Positions 17,887 to 25,465 of a stretch of 36,662 bases of DNA are shown piece after piece. The DNA comes from a virus (lineage: Duplodnaviria > Caudoviricetes). How positions within the stretch are numbered: the stretch's first letter is position 1; every line of letters begins with the position of its first letter. The notes beneath the pieces were generated by a model. It searched no databases, was not told the origin of the DNA, and saw only the letters and a list, made by a program, of their open reading frames with translations. The stretch spans positions 1-36,662 of IMG/VR virus record IMGVR_UViG_3300020137_000036; one strand, 5' to 3'. The position numbers and the translations under genes were made by a program.

Positions 17887-19108
17887 CGTTGTCTCCCTGC
17901 GTCGTGCGCCCGTCGCCCTGCTGGGACGACGCGGACTCGTTGAACGGCCTGTACGGCTCGTCGCCCCACGCGACGGGCGGAAGGTCCTCGAGCTCGCGCG
18001 GCTCGTTCGGCACGAGCCAGCCGTGCTGGATGCCGGAGGCGTAGAACGCCGCGCGGGACTTCGAGTCGCCACGCAGCAGGCCCTCGACCTTGAACTCGGC
18101 CTTCTCGGTGAGCGGGTCGCAGATCTCGCGCGTGATGCGCTGCTCGATGCGGTGGAAGTACGGCTTGAGCGAGAGCACGACGAACGAGATGAACTGCTGT
18201 TCCATCCCCGTGCCCCACGAGGTCGACTTCTCCTGGTCGTTCACGATCCAGCCCGGGACGCCGAAGATCCGGGCGATCTCCGTCGTCGAGAACTTGCGGG
18301 TCTCGAGGAACTGCGCGTCCGCCGGAGAGAGGGTGAGCTTCTCGACCTTCGCGCCACCGTCGAGGATCATCGGGTCTGCCGCGTTGTCGACCCCGCCGTT
18401 CTTCGCGCGCCACCGTGCCTTGATGATCGACGCGTGCTCGTCGGTGAGCTCGTCGGGATAGGTGACCGCCACCGGCTGCAGCATCCCGTGGTCGAACATC
18501 TCGACGGCCACGCTCTCCGCCGCGGTCGCGAGGTCGAACGTGCGGCGCAAGTACCCGATGGGGGAGAGCCCCTCGATGCCGTCGAGGGACAGCGCCGGGA
18601 TGTGCATCACGTCGTGCGTGGTCAGGACGGCACGGCCGCCGTCGATCTCGAACAGCTTCAGGTACGGCTGCCCGGCGATCGCCGCGAGCTCCTTGTCGTC
18701 GACCTTCACCTTCACGCGTCGCGGGTTGATCGGCACGAGGTCGACCAGGCGGCCGTCCGCCGAGCGGACCTTGCGCAGGTACGCGTTGCCGCGCAGTGCC
18801 AGGTGCGCGACGACCGTCTCCCACAGCTCGAACGGCGTCGTGCCAGCAAACTCGCGGTCGAGCGCCCGCAGGCTGACGGGCGTGTGCTGCTCGTCGCGCT
18901 TCTGGACCCGCAGCGGACAGCCCGCGACGCCGGAGGACAGGATCGACACGCACCGGAACACGGTTCCGAGGCGCATCGGGTCCGCGCCCTTCGACGACGC
19001 ACCGAGCTCACCCACGGCCGACGACAGGTTGATGCCGGTCAGCGGCGTCGACGGGTTCTCGATCGACGACCGCTGTGCCAGCTGCGCTAGCTGCCGCAGA
19101 GCCCTCAC
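17867..19108 (-). CDS. Portal protein, HK97 family
   Basis: VFRCVSIL, LRGNAY, GLSPI, DAQFLETR, EIARIFGVP, GLLRGD, NEPRELEDLPP. Confidence 0.96.
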   Translation of the reverse strand: MRALRQLAQLAQRSSIENPSTPLTGINLSSAVGELGASSKGADPMRLGTVFRCVSILSSGVAGCPLRVQKRDEQHTPVSLRALDREFAGTTPFELWETVVAHLALRGNAYLRKVRSADGRLVDLVPINPRRVKVKVDDKELAAIAGQPYLKLFEIDGGRAVLTTHDVMHIPALSLDGIEGLSPIGYLRRTFDLATAAESVAVEMFDHGMLQPVAVTYPDELTDEHASIIKARWRAKNGGVDNAADPMILDGGAKVEKLTLSPADAQFLETRKFSTTEIARIFGVPGWIVNDQEKSTSWGTGMEQQFISFVVLSLKPYFHRIEQRITREICDPLTEKAEFKVEGLLRGDSKSRAAFYASGIQHGWLVPNEPRELEDLPPVAWGDEPYRPFNESASSQQGDGRTTQGDNDDDADA

Positions 19109-19293
19109 TCGTCGCCCCCGATCGCCTCGACCGTGTCACGGTCGGCCATCTGCGTCAGGACGGCGAGCCCGACGAGGACCACCCCGACGAGCAGGACACC
19201 CCACCAGAGGCCCGCCAGAGCACCCACCGCGAGCGCGACGAGGACCAGGCCAGCGACGAACAGGGCCGTAGCGAGCACGGCAGGCCTCCTCAC
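19105..19293 (-). CDS. Small two-TM membrane protein between terminase and portal
   Basis: GTGA overlaps at both ends; 62 aa, almost entirely hydrophobic. Confidence 0.7.
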   Translation of the reverse strand: MRRPAVLATALFVAGLVLVALAVGALAGLWWGVLLVGVVLVGLAVLTQMADRDTVEAIGGDE

Positions 19294-20831
19294 CAGATGC
19301 GCGGACCGCGCTTGACGGGTTGCTGCGACCACCACAGAGCGCGGTCGAGGGTGAAGACGGCACAGACGGCGCCGTCGATCTTGCGCGGCGAGTCCGGTGT
19401 CTCCTTCGTGATGCGGGCGAAGCCGGCGTGCGTGGGGCGGGGGACCGCGTTCGCGACGTGACGGGTGAGGACCGACGACCCGTCGTGCGTGACGGACTTC
19501 GTCGTGACGGCCTCGTAGAACGACTGCGTCGCCTTGCCCATCCGCTCCGCCGTCTGCGGGTAGTCCTCGACGGGGTGCCCGTCGTCGCGCAGCTCGGCTG
19601 CCGCGTCCTGCCACAGGAACGGGTCCCAGGGCTCCTCGACGACGTCCCACCGGGCGCGGGCCTCACGGAGCGCGCTCTTCACCTCGGCGCGTGGGACCTT
19701 CCACGCCGGGTTGTGCGGGTCCTTCTCCCAGATGCCGACGACGAAGATGTGCGGCTTCGGCTCGACCGTCACACCGATCAGTGCCGTCGAGTCGCCGGTC
19801 GACGACCCGTCGAGCCCGATGCAGACCCTCGCGCCGTCCGGCGGTCCGCCCGGGTACCGGTCGGGTTCCGCGATCTCGTCCCAGGTGCCGTGCGGCAGCC
19901 AGACCTTCCCCGACGCGACCCACTGGTTCGTCCGCTTGATGCGGAACTCGTTCTCCGGGGTGATCCCGACGGTTGCGCGGAAGTCGGCCTCACCGACGAT
20001 GTCGCCGAAACCGGGGTTCGCCTCACGCCACGTCGCCGGGTCCTTGTGCGGGGCGGCGACGCCGGCGCGCGGCTCCCACCACGCCATGAAGAAGGTCGGG
20101 TCGTCGATCTCGCCCGACGCGACCCGGGTGCCGTGCTGGTACATCGAGTAGCAGATCGAGTCGAGCCCCGTGCGGTCTGTGCGGACGCCCGCCGTGGTGA
20201 TCGCCAGGAGCAGCGGCTCGACGCGCGCACCCATCGCGAGGCGCATCACGTCCCACAGCTCGCGCGTCGGCTGCGCGTGCAGCTCGTCGAAGAGGACGAG
20301 CGTCGGGTTCAGGCCCTCCTTCGTGAATGCCTCGGCCGACAGCGCCTTGTACGTCGTGCCCGTCGACGGGACCTCGATGACGTTGCGGTACGGCTTGAGC
20401 ACCGTCGAGAGATGCTCGTCCATCTCGATCATCTGCTTCGCGGTCGAGAAGATGATCGACGCCTGGTCCTTGTCGGCAGCACACGAGAAGATCTGCCCAC
20501 CCATCGGGCCGAGCAGCATGTTCCCGATCGCGACCCCTGCCGCGAGCTCGGACTTGCCGTTCTTGCGGGGGATGCCGATCAGTGCCGTGCGGTGCCGGAG
20601 CATCCCGTCCGCGCGACGCGCGAAGACACGCTTGAGGGTCTGCCGCTGCCACGGCCTCGTCACGAGCAGCTGACCGCGCGGGCCCGCGATCGAGTCCTTC
20701 GTGATCCGGCACGTCGCGTCGATCAGGTCGCAGTACAAGTCACCGTCCGAGCGTCGCAGCTCGGCCGGCTCGACCTTCGTCAGCCACCGAGGCGGTGGCG
20801 CGCCCCACGGGTTACGCGCCACGGCCACCAC
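19290..20831 (-). CDS. terL: Terminase large subunit
   Basis: Walker A PRKNGKS, Walker B VLFDELH, ITTAG, nuclease GLDGS and KIDG motifs. Confidence 0.97.
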   Translation of the reverse strand: MVAVARNPWGAPPPRWLTKVEPAELRRSDGDLYCDLIDATCRITKDSIAGPRGQLLVTRPWQRQTLKRVFARRADGMLRHRTALIGIPRKNGKSELAAGVAIGNMLLGPMGGQIFSCAADKDQASIIFSTAKQMIEMDEHLSTVLKPYRNVIEVPSTGTTYKALSAEAFTKEGLNPTLVLFDELHAQPTRELWDVMRLAMGARVEPLLLAITTAGVRTDRTGLDSICYSMYQHGTRVASGEIDDPTFFMAWWEPRAGVAAPHKDPATWREANPGFGDIVGEADFRATVGITPENEFRIKRTNQWVASGKVWLPHGTWDEIAEPDRYPGGPPDGARVCIGLDGSSTGDSTALIGVTVEPKPHIFVVGIWEKDPHNPAWKVPRAEVKSALREARARWDVVEEPWDPFLWQDAAAELRDDGHPVEDYPQTAERMGKATQSFYEAVTTKSVTHDGSSVLTRHVANAVPRPTHAGFARITKETPDSPRKIDGAVCAVFTLDRALWWSQQPVKRGPRIW

Positions 20832-21339
20832 GCGTCGCCGCGCGGCGCAGGATCGCCTCGAGCGGGTTGCTCGCCTTCGTGTCCGTGACCTCTGCGACCC
20901 CGAGCGACCCCCGCGCCGACGGCGTCAGACCGCACTCCTTCTCGAGCGCGAGGATCAGCCGCTCCGTGTCGCGGATCTGCACCAGCAACGGGTTCGGACG
21001 CAGCTGCCCCTGCGAGCCCGTGATGTAGAAGCCCTCGTCCGCGAGCGCGACCTTCATCCCCTGACGCAGCGACTCGTGCTCGCAGATCCGCGCCACGATG
21101 TCCCGGTCCGCTGTCGTGAGCCACGGAGCCTCACGCCAGATCGTGGCCCACCGCGCAGCGCCGGCGCTGTCCGGGTCGATGCTCTCGGGCAGCGGCGGCG
21201 TCTTGCCGTCGAGGCTGTGCAGCTGGACGACGTTGCCCGGGTCGGGCAGCTTGCGGCCGCCGGAGTCACGGCCAGGCGAACGACCCTTGCGGCGACGCTC
21301 CTCGAGCGGGGCCTTCGGCGGACCCGGCATCGGCGCCAC
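20812..21339 (-). CDS. terS: Terminase small subunit (P27 family)
   Basis: GPPKAPLE...G.SPG, NPLL, ECGLTPSARG motifs; directly upstream of terL. Confidence 0.9.
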   Translation of the reverse strand: MAPMPGPPKAPLEERRRKGRSPGRDSGGRKLPDPGNVVQLHSLDGKTPPLPESIDPDSAGAARWATIWREAPWLTTADRDIVARICEHESLRQGMKVALADEGFYITGSQGQLRPNPLLVQIRDTERLILALEKECGLTPSARGSLGVAEVTDTKASNPLEAILRRAATRGGRGA

Positions 21340-21344
21340 CCCCT

Positions 21345-21490
21345 CTCGGCGCGCTCACCCCCGGCCCGTCGCAAATCCGGTCGGCAACAAAAAAATGGTT
21401 CGAACCTGAGCGCGTGTGCGGACAGCTGGGCGCGGGTCAGGACAATTCCAGGCCCCTCGACTTTGAAGCACCCCCCGGGGTACCCCCAGG
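21345..21490. other. Putative cos/packaging-initiation region
   Basis: Non-coding gap between HNH and terS with a GGGGTACCCC palindrome (21477-21486), G-runs, CTTCAAAGT and an A7 tract (21389-21395); position matches cos phages with HNH-TerS-TerL order. Confidence 0.55.
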
Positions 21491-21793
21491 TCAGAAGCGG
21501 TGCGCGGCCCGCCCGGCGGCTGCGCGATTGCATTCCCGCGCGTGCTCCGGGCCGTTGTACGAATTGCGGTCGTCGCTATGCCCGAGGTCCCATTCTTCGC
21601 CGGGACGAATTGGCTCGCTGCACCGTGCGCAGACGACCGAGCCTGCTTCGACCAGCGGGCGCCACCGCTCACGCTCGGCCTGATGCCCCGCGCCGTAGCC
21701 GCGCTCGGTCGTCGTCCCACGAGCGCGAGACCTGCGCCGAGCGCACCCGGTGCACACCCGGGGGCCGGGACGTCCGCAGTCGAGACACGGCAC
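21491..21793 (-). CDS. Packaging-associated HNH-type endonuclease
   Basis: CxxC..CxxC, TTTERGYG..H, CARC, WDLGH...GPEH..CN; GGAGG RBS before GTG at 21793. Confidence 0.8.
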   Translation of the reverse strand: MPCLDCGRPGPRVCTGCARRRSRARGTTTERGYGAGHQAERERWRPLVEAGSVVCARCSEPIRPGEEWDLGHSDDRNSYNGPEHARECNRAAAGRAAHRF

Positions 21794-21939
21794 CGACGGC
21801 ACCTCCATGCGTGGAGCAGCTGACGCTCGTCGGGTCGCGCGACGAGCACCAGCAAGCCGCCGCGTGACCGAGTGCGGCGACGGAGAGCACCGGCCCACCC
21901 GACCGGACGACCTGCATTCCCACCCACTGGGAAGCACGA

Positions 21940-21966
21940 AGGCCCGAACCGCTGCGGCCCGGGCCT
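21940..21966 (-). terminator. Hairpin terminator in the late-operon leader
   Basis: Minus strand AGGCCCGGGCCG-cag-CGGTTCGGGCCT followed by TCGTGCTT. Confidence 0.55.
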
Positions 21967-21998
21967 CTCATGTGGGCATGACGAACCCACTGAGGTGC

Positions 21999-22007
21999 AG
22001 GCTAGCA
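21999..22007 (-). promoter_or_regulatory. Putative late promoter, extended -10 (TGc-TAGCCT)
   Basis: TGn-TAnnnT overlapping the stop codon of 22002..22844, upstream of the packaging operon. Confidence 0.45.
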
Positions 22008-22844
22008 GGTCGACACGTCCGACCGCACGCTCGGCATCGACGGCGCGTCGCCGGGACGCGGGTCGGGGATCTGCTCGCCCATCGTGATGCGGATGTGCTC
22101 GCCGAGCAGCCCGATCGTGTCCGAGTCCCACGCCGCACCGCACGCGAGGCAGACCGCGACGAGCGGGTCGAGGCGGACCTGCAGCTTGCCGCGCACGTCG
22201 CAGTTCATGCACGGGACGTGCGGCTTGAGGGGCGGGGTGTCCCACGTCGTGACGACCCGAGCACGCGCCCACCACCGAAGCACGTCCTGGTCGACGAGGC
22301 GCGCGTCGTCCCGGTCGAGCGTCGCAGCCCGGTCGATCAGGTCGACGACGAGCACCTCGACCTCCCCGACCGCGGGCCGGTCCGTGACCACCGAGCACCA
22401 GAAGCGCACGCCCTGGTCCACCGCGGTCCACGCGTCGAGCGCCTCGAGGTTCGCCGTCGGGCGCGACACCGCACCACCCCCGGACGACGTGCCAGCCGTC
22501 GACCCCGCGATCGCGTCGTGCAGCTGCTCGAGCAGCGGCGGGTGCTCCACGACGTGCGGCCGCGGCACCAGTCGCTGACCGTCACCCTCCCGAAGCGCGA
22601 ACCCACACACCACGCACACCGGGATGCCGCGGTGCTCCGGCGTCAGGAGCCTGGTCCGCTCCACGACGTCGACCGCGTCAGGGGCCGGCAGCGTCGGGCA
22701 CGGGCCGGCGTGAGCACGGACCCACATCGTCTCGGCCGTCGTGCGCGGCTCGACGAGCTCACGCAGGCGATCCCTGATCCGTGCGACGACACGGCTCGAC
22801 GCCGCGAGCTCGTCGGTCCGCTGCTGGGCGTGGGTCATGGTCAT
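22002..22844 (-). CDS. Zn-finger protein, putative late transcription regulator
   Basis: ATGA-coupled start at 22844; PPLLEQLHDAI, CMNC...CLACGAAW; last early gene before the HNH/terminase genes. Confidence 0.55.
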   Translation of the reverse strand: MTMTHAQQRTDELAASSRVVARIRDRLRELVEPRTTAETMWVRAHAGPCPTLPAPDAVDVVERTRLLTPEHRGIPVCVVCGFALREGDGQRLVPRPHVVEHPPLLEQLHDAIAGSTAGTSSGGGAVSRPTANLEALDAWTAVDQGVRFWCSVVTDRPAVGEVEVLVVDLIDRAATLDRDDARLVDQDVLRWWARARVVTTWDTPPLKPHVPCMNCDVRGKLQVRLDPLVAVCLACGAAWDSDTIGLLGEHIRITMGEQIPDPRPGDAPSMPSVRSDVSTC

Positions 22845-24094
22845 GCGTCGTCGCCTCCGGTCGGGCACTTGCGGCAGGGCTCGGGCAGGTGGTGGGTCGG
22901 GCAGTGCATCTCGTCGCCCATCGGGTCACGCGGCCCCCGGTAGCCGTGCCACGGGGACCCGTACCGGCCAGGCGGCGGGGGAGGCTCAGGTGCTGGGCCG
23001 GCGTCCAGGCTCGGCATCGGGTCAGGACGTGCAGGAGGGCCACCCTTCCCACGACGCCTACGCCGAGACCGAGAGCGCGGCGCCGACCCCGACCGGTGAC
23101 CCTCTCCCGGACCCTCACCCTCACCCTGTCCCTGACCCTGACCCGGGCGCGTACCCGCGTGCGCACCCGCGCGCGCGCCCGAGGACACGATTCCGGTCAG
23201 CTTCGAGCAGTGCTCTGAGCACTGCTCCGAGCACTGCTCCGAGCACAGCTTTCGCGGTAGCTCTGCGCGTAGCTCTCCGCGCGGCTTCGGCTCGTCGCGC
23301 TGCCCGGGGGTCGACACCGGCACCGTGGAAGGCGTGGGCGACGCACCAGCGGCGAGCGGAGTGCTCGGCGATGCGTCAGCGGCCACAGCGGCCTCCTGGG
23401 CGGGCGTCAGAGCCCTCGGGGCAGGCAGGAGCGTCATCCCCGCGTCCACGGGCGTGCGGCGGCCCTTCGTGCGGTTGCAGCCGCCACACGCGACGACGAG
23501 GTTGCGCACACCGCTCGCCTTCGTCGGATCGACGTGATCCAGCGTCGGCTTCGCGGACTCGTCCTTCGACGAGCGGTCGAACCGCTTCACGAGGCGGGCG
23601 CAGTACCGGCAGCTGGCCTGGTTCTTCAGCTTCGGGTCGAGCGGGTCGACGCAGTCGCGCAACCACACGGCGTTCACGATCTCCGGGCGCTGCAGCTCCG
23701 AACGCTTCGCGCGGGTCTCCCGCACCACCGCCGCCTGGTCGTACCGCATCTGCCACCAGTCGTGGAAACGCCAGCACGGCTGCGCCATGCCCGTCACCGG
23801 GTCCACCTCCGGGACCGGGTCGCAGCGGTCGCAGTCGTGACCCGGGGCGTGCCAGAGCCCAGCGTCCACCAGCAGGTGGGCGAGCTCGAGCGCAGCGGCC
23901 CGGTCATAGAGCAGCGACATCAGCGACTGCAGCGACACCAGTCCATCGGTCCCGACGTCCTGCGACGTCGAGCCCGCCAGCGTCCACACACCCAACGCGG
24001 CGAGACCACGGTCGTCGCCGTTGAGCATCAGCCCCGTCAGCGCACGCGCCTTGCGGTTCGCGTGCAGGTGGTCATCGACCTGGAAGAACGGCAC
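22841..24094 (-). CDS. Phage replication initiator (RepA-like N-terminus) fused to an HNH endonuclease domain
   Basis: MPFFQVDD..H.N.K, LGVW..AGS, TDG, LVDAGLW, WRFHDW; then LRD..CRYC..TLDHVDP..NLVVACGGCNRTKG. Confidence 0.75.
   Translation of the reverse strand: MPFFQVDDHLHANRKARALTGLMLNGDDRGLAALGVWTLAGSTSQDVGTDGLVSLQSLMSLLYDRAAALELAHLLVDAGLWHAPGHDCDRCDPVPEVDPVTGMAQPCWRFHDWWQMRYDQAAVVRETRAKRSELQRPEIVNAVWLRDCVDPLDPKLKNQASCRYCARLVKRFDRSSKDESAKPTLDHVDPTKASGVRNLVVACGGCNRTKGRRTPVDAGMTLLPAPRALTPAQEAAVAADASPSTPLAAGASPTPSTVPVSTPGQRDEPKPRGELRAELPRKLCSEQCSEQCSEHCSKLTGIVSSGARAGAHAGTRPGQGQGQGEGEGPGEGHRSGSAPRSRSRRRRRGKGGPPARPDPMPSLDAGPAPEPPPPPGRYGSPWHGYRGPRDPMGDEMHCPTHHLPEPCRKCPTGGDDA
23199..23282. repeat. 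12-bp tandem repeats (candidate origin iterons) within rep
   Basis: TGCTCTGAGCAC, TGCTCCGAGCAC, TGCTCCGAGCAC (23211-23246) with degenerate AGCT-led copies on both sides; core TGCTCnGAGCA is palindromic. Confidence 0.75.
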
Positions 24095-24112
24095 CAGGCG
24101 TCCTCTCGGTAG

Positions 24113-24190
24113 TCAGTCGGAGCACCGGCACTCGCCGGTGTACGGGTTGATCCATCCGCCGCAGGACTCGCAGCGCGTCGACTCAGCCAT
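24113..24190 (-). CDS. 25-aa Cys-rich microprotein
   Basis: MAESTRCESCGGWINPYTGECRCSD; GGAGG RBS; CxxC...CxC. Confidence 0.5.
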   Translation of the reverse strand: MAESTRCESCGGWINPYTGECRCSD

Positions 24191-24560
24191 CGCCATCACC
24201 TCCCTCCACACCAGGCCAGGCAGCGAGCTCGTCGTACGCGCCGCCGTCCAGCCAGTCCGCCGGCCGCCACACCCCCGCGTCCTGCCCCGCCGCCGCGAGC
24301 GCATCCAGCCACACCTGCTGCTGCGGGCGGATCCGGCCCTTCTGCGTCTTCAGCTCCCGGTACAGGACCCGGCGCTTGCCCGGGTGGACCAGGACGAGGT
24401 CCGGGAAGCCCGGCTGCGAGCGCCGCGAGTCGTGCGTGTGGTAGACCAGCCACCCCAGCAGCCGCGCCGCCTCCAGCACCTGCGCCTGCAGCGTCGCCTC
24501 CGACATCTGCGCCGCGACCAGCGCACGATGCTGCCGAGCCGAGATCGACACGAAGCTCAC
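24183..24560 (-). CDS. VRR-NUC domain nuclease (Holliday junction resolvase-like)
   Basis: SEATLQ..V, YHTHDSRRS.PGFPDLVL, RELK..KGR....Q..WL, VWRPADW. Confidence 0.9.
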   Translation of the reverse strand: MSFVSISARQHRALVAAQMSEATLQAQVLEAARLLGWLVYHTHDSRRSQPGFPDLVLVHPGKRRVLYRELKTQKGRIRPQQQVWLDALAAAGQDAGVWRPADWLDGGAYDELAAWPGVEGGDGDG

Positions 24561-24644
24561 GACGCCTCCCCGTTCGCTATCTGCCGGGACATCTGCACGC
24601 GTCGCGGCGTCACGATGCGACCCCGTCCTGCCCATGCGGCGCGC

Positions 24645-25274
24645 TCATGCGGTTCTCCGTCGGTTGTGGTGGTCCTGGGCTGCCTTGATGGCCTGGTACG
24701 TGGCGGTCGTCGAGCGGCGCTTGCCGGACGCGATCGCGCGATCGTCGATGACCGTCGCGGCCGACGGCGGGTACGACGACGCGGTGATCCCGCGGGCGGC
24801 GCGCAGGCGGTCGAGCTCGCACGGCTGACCGGGGACCCGGCCCGGGTCGGACGACGACAGGCCGCGGCGGCCCCACGGGGAGTGCGGGTCGCACCACCAG
24901 CCCGACGCGTACAGCTGCGTGGGTGCGTCACAGTCCGGGGCGTTGCACGCCCGCCACGTGCGCTCGACGGTCCGCGACCCGGCGACCGTGCGCAGAGGCG
25001 GTGCGGTCGCCGCGGCCGCGGGAGCCGCGACCGGGTCGAGCTGCAGCGGCGGCCGCGGCGTCGACGCGAGCAGGTGCAGCACCCGGTCCCACGTCTCCGG
25101 CGACGGCGACCGGTCCAGGCCCGCCTCACGCCACACGGCGCGACGGCCACCACCACCGACCTCGAGGTCCAGCGGTGACGCCCCCAGCCGCCAGCACGTC
25201 TCCACCAGGAGCTGTGCCTTCGCCTCGCGGTTCTCCTGCGCGACACGCGTGTGCGCGAAATCCACCGGTGTCAC
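24645..25274 (-). CDS. Hypothetical protein (two-part, with a Cys/His motif)
   Basis: GTGA-coupled start at 25274; C....C...LYASGWWCDPH and DDRAIASGKRRS motifs. Confidence 0.6.
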   Translation of the reverse strand: MTPVDFAHTRVAQENREAKAQLLVETCWRLGASPLDLEVGGGGRRAVWREAGLDRSPSPETWDRVLHLLASTPRPPLQLDPVAAPAAAATAPPLRTVAGSRTVERTWRACNAPDCDAPTQLYASGWWCDPHSPWGRRGLSSSDPGRVPGQPCELDRLRAARGITASSYPPSAATVIDDRAIASGKRRSTTATYQAIKAAQDHHNRRRTA

Positions 25275-25465
25275 GACACACCACCACCCGCGGCCGCGAG
25301 CGCGGTGAGGGTCGACGGGTCGACGTCCATGCCCCAGCCGTCCGTGCCGTCGACGTGGACGTGGACCCGTGTGGTGCCTGTCGTGCGGGATGCGGGGCAG
25401 GTCGTGACGGTGGCTGTGCGGGTGCGGTCGTCGATGACGAGCTGCACGCGGGTGCCCGGGGTCAC
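25271..25465 (-). CDS. 64-aa hypothetical protein (SH3-like pattern)
   Basis: GTGA overlaps at both ends; MTPGTRVQL...VHVDG...VDPSTL. Confidence 0.55.
   Translation of the reverse strand: MTPGTRVQLVIDDRTRTATVTTCPASRTTGTTRVHVHVDGTDGWGMDVDPSTLTALAAAGGGVS

Noticed and set aside
23199-23282. Short regular repeats as a possible CRISPR array
   Set aside because: 12-bp tandem units with no spacers, inside a coding frame, and no cas genes
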